The notes beneath the pieces are model-generated. The model was not told the DNA's origin, made no database searches, and saw only the letters and a list, made by a program, of their open reading frames with translations. From Bacteroidota bacterium (GTDB lineage Bacteria; Bacteroidota; Bacteroidia; AKYH767-A; 2013-40CM-41-45), in contig JANOVV010000065.1 in the NCBI GenBank assembly GCA_031417555.1, forward strand, positions 6,566 to 70,565: DNA of 64,000 bases, given 5' to 3'. The position numbers and the translations under genes were made by a program. Below, one piece after another: positions 28,880-37,753 of the stretch. How positions within the stretch are numbered: the stretch's first letter is position 1; each line of letters opens with the position of its first letter.

Positions 28880-30940
28880 GCCGCCGAGTAGGCAAAGGGG
28901 AGTTTCGCCCCTAAGCCTCTCACAGAACCGTACGTGATAGTCTCCCATCATACGGCTCGTGTAATTCTTTTATAATATACAGTACTTCTTGTTTGTCCAG
29001 TGATAAAAGAGTTTTGGTTTTGACGTTTTGATTGTAAAGAGTAGTTCTTGAGATTTTCTCACACTTGTGATCTTGTGTTTGTTCATCAGCCATTTTATTA
29101 ACCGATATTCCAAACAATAAAGTGACGAGCGTAGGCGGCTACTCCCAAATTTTCCAAAGTAGTTTATCCATCCACGTAGTCGTGAATTCAATAGATATGC
29201 GATATCTTCCATTTCAATGGTTGTGTTTCGCCAGTGTACGATTGTATTTATCGTGTCCCTGATCTTCTGTTGATTCCCTTTGCTAATCTCTGGTGTGTAT
29301 ATTGTGTAGCTTCGATTCTCGTAAAATTTACTTTTACTTTTCCGCGGTTGATAACTGAATCCCAGAAAGTCGAATTGCACTTTATTGTGCTTCTCTTTCC
29401 TCTTGTAGTCGGAGCAGTAAACGATTTGTGTTTTCTTCTCATTCAACTTTAGATGTACTGTCTGTAGTCTTTCCTTGATAGCTTGTAGAATTTCTTCCGC
29501 TTCTTGTTTTGTTTTGCAGTGTATGATTATATCATCTGCATAGCGTACAAATTCTGTCTCACTATAATTCTTCTCCAGCCATTTATCTATCGCGTAATGT
29601 AAGAACAGGTTTGCTAACAGCGGACTGATTACTCCTCCCTGTGGCGTTCCTTTTCCTCCTCGTTCTATCAGTTCTCCTTTTGTTGTTTGGATTTTCATTT
29701 CCAACCATCGCTGCACATACATTCTCACCCATTTCTCTTCAATCATTGCTTCTACCGCTTTTAACATCAACTCATGGTTAATCTCATCAAAATATTTCTC
29801 GATGTCCATGTCTAGCACCCAGTCCTGTGTCAGGCAATTCTTTCTTACCTGTTCCAGTGCCTGATGACTGCTTTTCATGGGGCGATAACCATAAGAATGC
29901 TCATGAAAGTGTTGGTCGATTTTCTTTTCCATGTATTCCTTTACAACGCTTTGCGCAATGCGATCGCGTAAGGTTGGAATACCTAGTTTTCTCATTCGAC
30001 CATCTTTCTTCGGTATCTCGACCTCTCTTACTGCCGAAGGAAAATAGCTGCCTGATGTCATACGGTTCCAGATCATGTACAAATGATCTTCTGCATTCTT
30101 ATCGAATGTTTCCCAGCTTTGTTCATCTACCCCTGATGCTTTCCCTCCTCGTCTTACCTTCTGGTACGATTCAACCACCATTTCATAGGTGATCGGTACT
30201 GTTTTAATTACGTGTACATCCATTTAATCCCTTCCTTGAATTTAATCAAGTTGTTTAATTGTTGTTCACTTAGAATTACCAATGCCCTTCGCTCCTTATT
30301 GTTTCCAATACCTCATCACTACTATGACATTGTCCGACTTCCTATAGCATTCTCCTAGAGCGTTTCTGTGAGTCCTCTTCCGTTTCTTTTTGAAAGCTCT
30401 TTTCTGTTTCGCTTGGATAATGGTTCCCTACAGGATCTCCCAAGTTCTTTGATCAAGCCCGGTAAATAATCATGTCCCCTGTATAACGGTCGGCACGTAA
30501 CCAATAATCAGGTAATCGTTACATTCTTTTCATCTCCCTTAGCATAGAGTGATTTTGCCAGACGTCTTGGCGGTTTCGTTACTTCATCGGTGGATTCACT
30601 TTCGTTCATCTTTATTTACTATACGTGCGTTATTATTAACGCTTTTCTCTACACGTTCACCACCTTTGCTTTACAGCATTAGCAGCGTAGAGTCGTTTGA
30701 CTGCTCCACCTGAATAGCGCTGTCAATGGGTCAGGTACTAATTAATTAGTACTTCCATCATCTTAATCAAAGCATGTCAATGAACTCGCATTCATTTACT
30801 TCATGGCACAAGCTAAGCTCGCAGAGGGGGTGTTTCTTTGCGTGCTCCGCGATCTCTGCGTGATAATTTTATCCTATGAAATACTGGCTTCACACCATTT
30901 TCGAAATGTGATTGTAAGGTGTTTTTTCGCGCAGAGGGGG
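28880..30940 (-). mobile_element. Group II intron. The RNA has domains I-IV on the 5' side, the RT ORF in DIV, then domains V and VI. Exact 5' and 3' ends are not resolved.
   Basis: Minus-strand domain V GAGCCGTATGATGGGAGACTATCACGTACGGTTC (plus 28925-28958) starts 11 nt after the RT stop. Domain VI stem GAGAGGC...GCCT-A-CTC has a bulged A (plus ~28885-28921). About 700 nt of structured, stop-rich sequence lies 5' of the ORF. Confidence 0.8.
28970..30223 (-). CDS. Group II intron-encoded reverse transcriptase/maturase (RT domains 0-7 plus X/thumb; no DNA endonuclease domain)
   Basis: 417 aa. RT motifs ...PKKDGRMRKLGIPTLRDRIAQ..., the YADD box (FVRYADDIIIHC), and maturase region RLRGWINYFGKFGS. 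No HNH/En C-terminal extension. Confidence 0.9.
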   Translation of the reverse strand: MDVHVIKTVPITYEMVVESYQKVRRGGKASGVDEQSWETFDKNAEDHLYMIWNRMTSGSYFPSAVREVEIPKKDGRMRKLGIPTLRDRIAQSVVKEYMEKKIDQHFHEHSYGYRPMKSSHQALEQVRKNCLTQDWVLDMDIEKYFDEINHELMLKAVEAMIEEKWVRMYVQRWLEMKIQTTKGELIERGGKGTPQGGVISPLLANLFLHYAIDKWLEKNYSETEFVRYADDIIIHCKTKQEAEEILQAIKERLQTVHLKLNEKKTQIVYCSDYKRKEKHNKVQFDFLGFSYQPRKSKSKFYENRSYTIYTPEISKGNQQKIRDTINTIVHWRNTTIEMEDIAYLLNSRLRGWINYFGKFGSSRLRSSLYCLEYRLIKWLMNKHKITSVRKSQELLFTIKTSKPKLFYHWTNKKYCIL

Positions 30941-33019
30941 TTAATTAATTAATAATTTTTGAGTTTTCTCTCGTTTTGAATTCCAGATTTTTACAAAATA
31001 AATTCCTTTGGAAATATTATTGGCAGGAATTGAAAATGTATTGTTTCCTTTTTGTAGAATGAGCTTTTCTTTATTAATAATTCTTCCCAATGCATCTGTC
31101 AATTCCAGAAAGTAAGAGGATTGAATTTCAGAGTTAATATTAAGATAAATTATTCCTGATGAATAAAAGATTTTTAATTCAGCATTCAATTTTTTAGTTT
31201 CGGTTATATCCGTAATAACATTCGGCTTTTCAACTAAAACAGAACAACCATTACTGTCGGTTATCAAAACACCATAATCACCATTAAGATTAGCCCGATA
31301 ATAGTAACTTGTTGCACCGGAAATTAGTGTAGAATCAATATACCACTGATAAGAAAAATATCCCGGTATTGAAAATAGAGTATCATAGTTTTGAGATATA
31401 CTTGAAGCAGGAATTTGCGGAGACACCGTGATGTAATTTGGAAATGTGAGTGTATCTGAGCCGGTATTATTAATTGCAATAAGTGTTACTTCAAACCTAC
31501 CGGTGTCGTCATAACAAATTTGTTGGGGATTCACCAGTGTAGAAGAAGAAGGGTTTCCACCGGGAAAAAACCATTGATAAGATGTTGCATTCATAGAAAG
31601 ATTTATAAAATCGTGGCAATTTTTTTGGCATAGCGTTCTTTTTGCAGAAATAAAATTTGGCGTAGGCAAGCTGCTGAAACAATATTTAACGAACCAATAA
31701 TCTCTTGATGATTCTCTTTGTTGTGAAACGTCTCCACCATCAACATCTGTAAAAGAAAGAAAAACAAAGCAGCTGTCTTTCGTTTGTAAACCTTGGCAGA
31801 ATTCAACATGAGCAACGGATGGAAGTGTTTTATCCCACAGTTTATTTCCAAGAGTATCAATAGCTATCGTCCAGCCTTGTTCATTATTAAAAATGTTATA
31901 TTCTGATTTATCGCCTGAGATGTCGCAATACGACGTTCCGGTAAGGAGAAAGCCGTTATTAGTTTTTGAAACATTATAAATTCCATCATCATTACCGATT
32001 CCGCCATAAACTTTATCCCATAATTTATTTCCGAGGCTGTCAGTTTTAACAATCCAAAAATCAAAACTTATATTACCATGATTCATTTCTGATTTATCGT
32101 ATCCAATTTCAGAATTACTTGTTCCACAAATTAAAATTTTGTCGCCGGGTAATATTAATATATCTGAAAAATTATCTACCGCATCTCCGCCTATAGTTTT
32201 GTCCCATACTTTAAGTCCATTTGAATCAACTTTTAAAATCCAATAATCATTTGCAGGGCTAATACTGTCTTGTGATTTACAGCTATTGGCAGGCGATTTC
32301 GAGTCCCCTCCTAAAATAAATCCATTATCAGATGTTGAATTAATTGTATATAAATAATCATAAAGTGTTCCTCCATAATTAAAATCCCATAATTTATTTC
32401 CATTACTGTCGATCTTTACTATCCAGTAATCTCTGTTTCCGTATGAGTGATGAGACATGTCGGCTGTGCTGTCAGAAAGTGTTGCGCCACCGAGAAGAAA
32501 TGAATTATTATTTAAAAGCAACATTTTATGAAGATTATCATTTTGTGCGCCGCCATATGTTTTATCCCAGATTTTATTTCCATTTTTATCAATTCGTATA
32601 ACCCAGAAATCAAATAATGTTGAATTGAGGCTTTTATTATTTTGTGTTTTATCGCCGCTACTATCAGAGTTTGAAAATCCACCGAGCAAGAAACTGGAAT
32701 CAGGTATTGCAATTGCACATGTCATATAATCTCCATTTCTGCCTCCATAGGATTTGTTCCATAAAATATTTCCTGCGCTATCTGTTTTGACTATCCAATA
32801 ATCTGCATTACCTTTTGTTGAATCGGTTCTATCGAAACTTAATGACGAAAAAGAATACCCTCCAATTAGAAACCCATTATCAAGGGTTTGTATTATTGTT
32901 CCAGGTAACTCGGAGCCGGCTCCTCCATACCTATAATCCCAAATTTTATTATTTGGAGCTTGCGCGTTTCCATTTAAACTGAAGAAAAGAAAAAGAAAAA
33001 AATAATATGTTGTTTTCAT
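30941..33019 (-). CDS. T9SS-secreted beta-propeller-repeat protein (repeated D[YF]W[IV]xKxDxxGNxLWxKxYGG units; C-terminal T9SS sorting domain)
   Basis: 692 aa, signal peptide, at least six roughly 50-aa repeats, C-terminal ...GIYFVKIWNSKREKTQKLLIN typical of Por-secretion CTDs. Confidence 0.7.
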   Translation of the reverse strand: MKTTYYFFLFLFFSLNGNAQAPNNKIWDYRYGGAGSELPGTIIQTLDNGFLIGGYSFSSLSFDRTDSTKGNADYWIVKTDSAGNILWNKSYGGRNGDYMTCAIAIPDSSFLLGGFSNSDSSGDKTQNNKSLNSTLFDFWVIRIDKNGNKIWDKTYGGAQNDNLHKMLLLNNNSFLLGGATLSDSTADMSHHSYGNRDYWIVKIDSNGNKLWDFNYGGTLYDYLYTINSTSDNGFILGGDSKSPANSCKSQDSISPANDYWILKVDSNGLKVWDKTIGGDAVDNFSDILILPGDKILICGTSNSEIGYDKSEMNHGNISFDFWIVKTDSLGNKLWDKVYGGIGNDDGIYNVSKTNNGFLLTGTSYCDISGDKSEYNIFNNEQGWTIAIDTLGNKLWDKTLPSVAHVEFCQGLQTKDSCFVFLSFTDVDGGDVSQQRESSRDYWFVKYCFSSLPTPNFISAKRTLCQKNCHDFINLSMNATSYQWFFPGGNPSSSTLVNPQQICYDDTGRFEVTLIAINNTGSDTLTFPNYITVSPQIPASSISQNYDTLFSIPGYFSYQWYIDSTLISGATSYYYRANLNGDYGVLITDSNGCSVLVEKPNVITDITETKKLNAELKIFYSSGIIYLNINSEIQSSYFLELTDALGRIINKEKLILQKGNNTFSIPANNISKGIYFVKIWNSKREKTQKLLIN

Positions 33020-33236
33020 TAATTTTATTTTTTACATAATTCTAACTAAGGTAATAATTTTTTAAACAATATTGCGAATTAATAAACCCCGAAATATAAT
33101 TTTTCTAGTACCCATTTTTAATTAAATACGAGTAAATACGAAATAGTGTTTAAACCACAATATATATAAACATGGATCTTGAATAATTTTTGGATATACT
33201 CTAAAATTCATCTTTAATTCGATGTAATTTACGGGC

Positions 33237-34406
33237 ATGACAAAAGACAAGCCGAAAAAACATTTTTGGACACGTTTTTTATGGACTATCGGTATTATTA
33301 TAGTTAGCTTAATGATAGCAATCTGGATAACAGGCAATGCTTACATTTATAAAACTCTAATTTATACCTATCCGGGTATCGATGATATTAACATTTTTAA
33401 TACCCGAATTATCAATGATAGCGTACCTCAGCCTTGGCCGGTTTCGATACAATACAATAAAATTAAGTTGTCTGATGAGTTAAACAATGAGTTAAATAGA
33501 AATAAAAGTGTTGCATTTCTGGTAATTAAAAATGATTCGGTTTTATATGAACAGTATTGGGATAATTCTGTACAAAATTCACTTAGCAATTCTTTTTCTG
33601 TGTCAAAAAGTATTGTTAGTGTTCTTGTGGGTATTGCAATCCGCGATGGACTAATTTCATTAGATGACTCCGTAGGCAAATACATACCGGAATTTAAAAA
33701 TGGTGCTAATGGTAAATTAAAAGTTCGGCATTTACTGACTATGAGTTCCGGGCTTAATTGGGATGAAAGTTACAATAGTCTTTTCTCTTTAACTACCAAA
33801 GCATATTATGGAACCAATCTTAAAAAACTTGTAACGGGGCTTAAGGTTATTGAAGAGCCCGGAAAAATTTTCCGTTATATGAGTTGCAATACCGTTCTAC
33901 TTTCAATGATTATTTCAAAATCATCAGGTATGAAAATTTCTGACTATGCGGCGAGGTATCTTTGGAAACCAATTGGTGCAACACAACCTGCTTATTGGTC
34001 GCTCGATCGTCAGAATGGTATTGAAAAAACATATTGTTGTTTTTATTCCAATGCCCGTGATTTTGCAAAAATTGGCAAACTATATTTGAATAATGGAATG
34101 TGGAATGGCCATATGATTGTTCCCTATAATTATATTAATGAATCTATTGTCTCTAATGGGTGTGTGGATGAAAATGGAAAACCGGTTGATTTTTATGGAT
34201 ATCATTGGTGGTTAATGACTTTTAAAGGACATAAGGTTTTTTATGCCAGGGGAATTCTCGGCCAATACATTATTATAATCCCTGATGAAAATATTATTAT
34301 TGTGCGACTAGGAAAAATTCGCGGAGAAAAAGATAAAAACAACAACTACTCCGATATGATTACCTATACCGATGGTGTTCTTACTAATTTCGGAACAAAG
34401 AAGTAA
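33237..34406 (+). CDS. Serine hydrolase of the beta-lactamase/transpeptidase superfamily (class C beta-lactamase-like)
   Basis: 389 aa, N-terminal TM anchor, S-x-x-K motif (FSVSKSIV). Confidence 0.75.
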   Translation: MTKDKPKKHFWTRFLWTIGIIIVSLMIAIWITGNAYIYKTLIYTYPGIDDINIFNTRIINDSVPQPWPVSIQYNKIKLSDELNNELNRNKSVAFLVIKNDSVLYEQYWDNSVQNSLSNSFSVSKSIVSVLVGIAIRDGLISLDDSVGKYIPEFKNGANGKLKVRHLLTMSSGLNWDESYNSLFSLTTKAYYGTNLKKLVTGLKVIEEPGKIFRYMSCNTVLLSMIISKSSGMKISDYAARYLWKPIGATQPAYWSLDRQNGIEKTYCCFYSNARDFAKIGKLYLNNGMWNGHMIVPYNYINESIVSNGCVDENGKPVDFYGYHWWLMTFKGHKVFYARGILGQYIIIIPDENIIIVRLGKIRGEKDKNNNYSDMITYTDGVLTNFGTKK

Positions 34407-34443
34407 ATAAAAATCCCGATTTCTTTTATCTTTGCAGTTAATT

Positions 34444-34848
34444 ATGCTTAAAGACATACCTCTTCTTGTTGTTGAAAATATTGCTGTTGCCATCGTTCAT
34501 GAACCCAATGACGAAGGTGCGCTTGTGTGGAATGCTTATCTTGTAAATCTTTATGATCAGGAAATAAGTAATGTACTTGTTAGCTCCAAAGGATATGGAA
34601 CTTTTGAAGGCCGTGATGTTAAAACTTCTGTCTTGCGTCACCTCATAGGAAATGTTGAAGCAAAAGACTATGCAAAGATAGAACCTATTATGGATAATCT
34701 TTTTGGTTTAAGTAATGAATTTTGGGTAAGCTTTTATTTAGGTACCCATATTTATGATAAGAAATATATTTTCCTGCCTGAAACAATCAGTGAAAGTAAT
34801 TTTACTCTTATACCCGTTTTAAATAAACGAGGTGTAATGATACGTTAA
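34444..34848 (+). CDS. Hypothetical protein
   Basis: ORF track starts at a TTG (34432). The first ATG gives MLKDIPLLVVEN.... No recognisable motifs. Confidence 0.35.
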   Translation: MLKDIPLLVVENIAVAIVHEPNDEGALVWNAYLVNLYDQEISNVLVSSKGYGTFEGRDVKTSVLRHLIGNVEAKDYAKIEPIMDNLFGLSNEFWVSFYLGTHIYDKKYIFLPETISESNFTLIPVLNKRGVMIR

Positions 34849-34927
34849 ATTTTTCTCTGCTTATATTGGTTGTATTAGTATAAGTATGCGCTTATTTTTG
34901 TTAGAATAAATTAATAAATAGCGAAAC

Positions 34928-35644
34928 ATGCTCGAAAATATAAATCTTAAAAATATTCTTTTTTTAGATATTGAAACCGTGCCTCAATTTAGTAAATACG
35001 AAAATTTGCCTGAATCAATTTCTGAATTATGGGATAGGAAGTTTTCCACTTTTAGGAATGAAGGTGTTGATGAAACACCTGCTTCTGTATATCGCCGTGC
35101 AGGAATCTATGCTGAATTCGGAAAAATTATATGCATTTCGGTTGGCGTATTTGCAGACGCTAATGAATTTCGGATTAAATCATTTTTTGGTCATGATGAA
35201 AAGAAAATTTTGAATGATTTTTCTGATCTTATTCAAAAATCATACTTCTCCCCCGACAAACTTCTCTGCGCACATAATGGAAAAGAATTTGATTTTCCTT
35301 ATTTATGTCGCAGGTTTCTTATAAATCAAGTTCCATTACCTTCAATACTCAATATAGCAGGTAAAAAACCATGGGAAGTTGCACATTTAGATACCATGGA
35401 TCTTTGGAAGTTCGGAGATTATAAATCCTATACAACACTTGTTTTGCTTGCTTCTGTATTTGGAATTCAAACACCTAAAGACGATATCGATGGTAGTAAT
35501 GTCTGGCAAGTCTATTGGGAAGAAAATAATATTGAAAGAATCGTAAAATATTGTCAAAAAGATGTTCTTACTGTCGCACAAATATTTAAAAAATTTCGTT
35601 GTGAGGATTTAATAAAACCAGAACATATAATTTTCCCTGATTAA
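34928..35644 (+). CDS. Predicted RNase H-like 3'-5' exonuclease (PolB-exonuclease-domain-like, YprB-type)
   Basis: 238 aa. Exo I-like FLDIETVP near the N-terminus and the downstream acidic/aromatic motifs CAHNGKEFDFPYL and HLDTMDLW. Family assignment is by motif memory. Confidence 0.55.
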   Translation: MLENINLKNILFLDIETVPQFSKYENLPESISELWDRKFSTFRNEGVDETPASVYRRAGIYAEFGKIICISVGVFADANEFRIKSFFGHDEKKILNDFSDLIQKSYFSPDKLLCAHNGKEFDFPYLCRRFLINQVPLPSILNIAGKKPWEVAHLDTMDLWKFGDYKSYTTLVLLASVFGIQTPKDDIDGSNVWQVYWEENNIERIVKYCQKDVLTVAQIFKKFRCEDLIKPEHIIFPD

Positions 35645-35679
35645 AATAAATATTTAAAATAATGTGATAATTTCTTTCT

Positions 35680-36147
35680 TTAAAATATTTCTTTTATCAA
35701 AATTTCTTTGTTATTAAAAATTATTTTATCTCCTGCTTTTTTTCCAAAAAATATTTTTCCAATCGGTGAGCTGATAGACAGAAAGACTATCTTTTCATTG
35801 TTTATTTCTACCGGGCCCAAGCCAATTAAAAAAAAATATTTTTCCTGATTAGAATAAACATAAGCACCTGCTTCCACCTTATTACAAAAGTGGTTCATGT
35901 CCACTTGCTGTAAATAACTCAATTCTTTTTGTGCTGTTTCTAATTGACGAGCATGAATATCTCTGTCTATTTGCGCCATCGCCCGCGAAGTTTCATATTT
36001 ATCTCCTACACTACTTTTGCCCTCTTCATTGGCTGCATTTTGGGCTTCCAGCATTGCATTTGATGAAGTATTAATTCGTGATTGAAGAATTTGCGCCGCT
36101 TTTTCTTTTAAAATATTTTTAAGTTCTAGTATTTCCTTGTCATTCAT
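35680..36147 (-). CDS. GreA/GreB-family transcription elongation factor homolog (short form)
   Basis: 155 aa. N-terminal coiled-coil. C-terminal FKBP-like segment SSPIGKIFFGKKAGDKIIFN resembles GreA SPIGxALLGKxVGD. Confidence 0.6.
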   Translation of the reverse strand: MNDKEILELKNILKEKAAQILQSRINTSSNAMLEAQNAANEEGKSSVGDKYETSRAMAQIDRDIHARQLETAQKELSYLQQVDMNHFCNKVEAGAYVYSNQEKYFFLIGLGPVEINNEKIVFLSISSPIGKIFFGKKAGDKIIFNNKEILIKEIF

Positions 36148-36419
36148 TCACTAATAAATTTTTCACTTTTAAAAAATATTTCTTTAGTCTTTCCTGTATA
36201 AAAGCGTCTTGCAAATGTATCTTTTCTTAATATGCGTTCGTGATAGTATACAAATGTCAGTAAAATTATTGTAATATGACCGAATTCAAAATTTTCCTTA
36301 ATTAATCTCTCCCGTGTTCTATTCTGGAAATAAATTATATTTGTATTAAATCGTAAACATTTTATTGAAAAATAAATAATCTCGTATTAAAAATTTAACA
36401 GCATTTAAACTAAATTGAT

Positions 36420-37592
36420 ATGAGTTCGAAAGTAAAAAGCAATCCGGAAATATTAAAATGGGCTCGTAAGACCGCTAAAATTTCTCTTGAAAAAAGTGCT
36501 TCTACTATTTCGAAAACATGTAAAATTGAGAGAATAAAAGAATGGGAATCTCCGGATTGTAAAGATTTTCCGACTATTAAACAAGTCGAAAAATTAGCGC
36601 GTTTATACCGCAGACCTATTGATGTCTTTTTCCTGCAGTTTGTTCCAAAAGATTTCCCTGCTTTAAAAGATTTCCGGCGTAATAAAGAAGATGGATTGAA
36701 TACTTCTTTAATATTCATGATGCGCGAAGTTCAGGAAAAACAAGAATGGCTAAGTAATTTTCTCAAAAAAAAGAAGGAAAAGAAATTAGACTTTTCAGGA
36801 AAGTATAATATTAAAAGTTCTCCGGATGCGGTAGCTAATGACATAAGAAAAACTCTTGCCATTGGTAATATACCATCCGGTCTAAAACCATTGAAGTATT
36901 GGATAGAAAAAGCAGAAAGTAAAAGGATTTTTATTTCATTAAGCAGTAATTATCATACAAGATTAAAACTAGACAGTGATCTCTTCAAAGGTTTCGTAAT
37001 TGCCGATAAATATGCGCCCTTTATTTTTTTAAATAGCGATGATTGGGATCATGGACAAATTTTTACATTGTTGCACGAACTAGCACATATATGGATTGGC
37101 GTTTCAGGGATTTCAAATGAGACAGAAATAAATACGACAAATACTCCCGGTATACATCCCGTTGAAAAGTTTTGTAATGAAGTTGCTGTTAAAGCATTGT
37201 TGCCCGAAGATGAATTAACAGCTATGTTACCTAAACAAGACGTTTTAACAATTAAAAATATTTCGCGCGTAAGTCGTAAATTGGGAGTAAGTAATGCGGC
37301 ACTTTTAAATCGTGCACTAAATTTTCGTTTAATTGATAGTGAAAAATATAATTCTTTGCGCAAAGAAGCAGATAGTGCCTGGAAAGATTTTCTTTTAAAA
37401 GAATCCCAAAAAAAGAAATCGTCTGGGGGCCCTAATTATTATATAATGCAATTAAGAAGAAGTAGTAAGGCTTTTGCAAATATCGTAATGGATTTTTACA
37501 AAAGCGGTAAAGTTAATGGTGCTGATGCAAGTCGGTTGTTAAAAGTTAAAGAAAGTAATTTTCATAAGTTTGAAAAATATATCTATAAGTAG
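36420..37592 (+). CDS. Fused XRE-family HTH / ImmA-IrrE (M78, COG2856-type) zinc metallopeptidase regulator
   Basis: 390 aa. N-terminal HTH region (...IKQVEKLARLYRRPIDVFFL). Central HExxH motif in IFTLLHELAHIWIG preceded by the SDDWDHGQ segment typical of ImmA/IrrE. C-terminal helical region. Confidence 0.8.
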   Translation: MSSKVKSNPEILKWARKTAKISLEKSASTISKTCKIERIKEWESPDCKDFPTIKQVEKLARLYRRPIDVFFLQFVPKDFPALKDFRRNKEDGLNTSLIFMMREVQEKQEWLSNFLKKKKEKKLDFSGKYNIKSSPDAVANDIRKTLAIGNIPSGLKPLKYWIEKAESKRIFISLSSNYHTRLKLDSDLFKGFVIADKYAPFIFLNSDDWDHGQIFTLLHELAHIWIGVSGISNETEINTTNTPGIHPVEKFCNEVAVKALLPEDELTAMLPKQDVLTIKNISRVSRKLGVSNAALLNRALNFRLIDSEKYNSLRKEADSAWKDFLLKESQKKKSSGGPNYYIMQLRRSSKAFANIVMDFYKSGKVNGADASRLLKVKESNFHKFEKYIYK

Positions 37593-37753
37593 GCATTGTT
37601 TTCTTTTTTATATTTATAATTTGAGATGTACATGTAAATGAATATTTATTCTTAATAAATTCATACTTAATTTATTTTATATCTTTCATTCTAAGATAAA
37701 ACATATCTTTGTGAAATATTTCATATATTTTATCCGGAATAAATATTTACATA

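Noticed and set aside
28582-29117. ORFs 28582..28923 and 28920..29117 (113 and 65 aa) at the 3' end of the group II intron
   Set aside because: They span domains V/VI and the 3' exon junction of the intron and overlap the RT stop. This is structured RNA, not coding.
33122-33337. 71-aa minus-strand ORF overlapping the start of the beta-lactamase-like gene
   Set aside because: AT-rich promoter region, no motifs, and it overlaps a supported gene start.
35387-35581. 64-aa ORF antisense within the PolB-type exonuclease gene
   Set aside because: Nested antisense ORF in an AT-rich region. No support.
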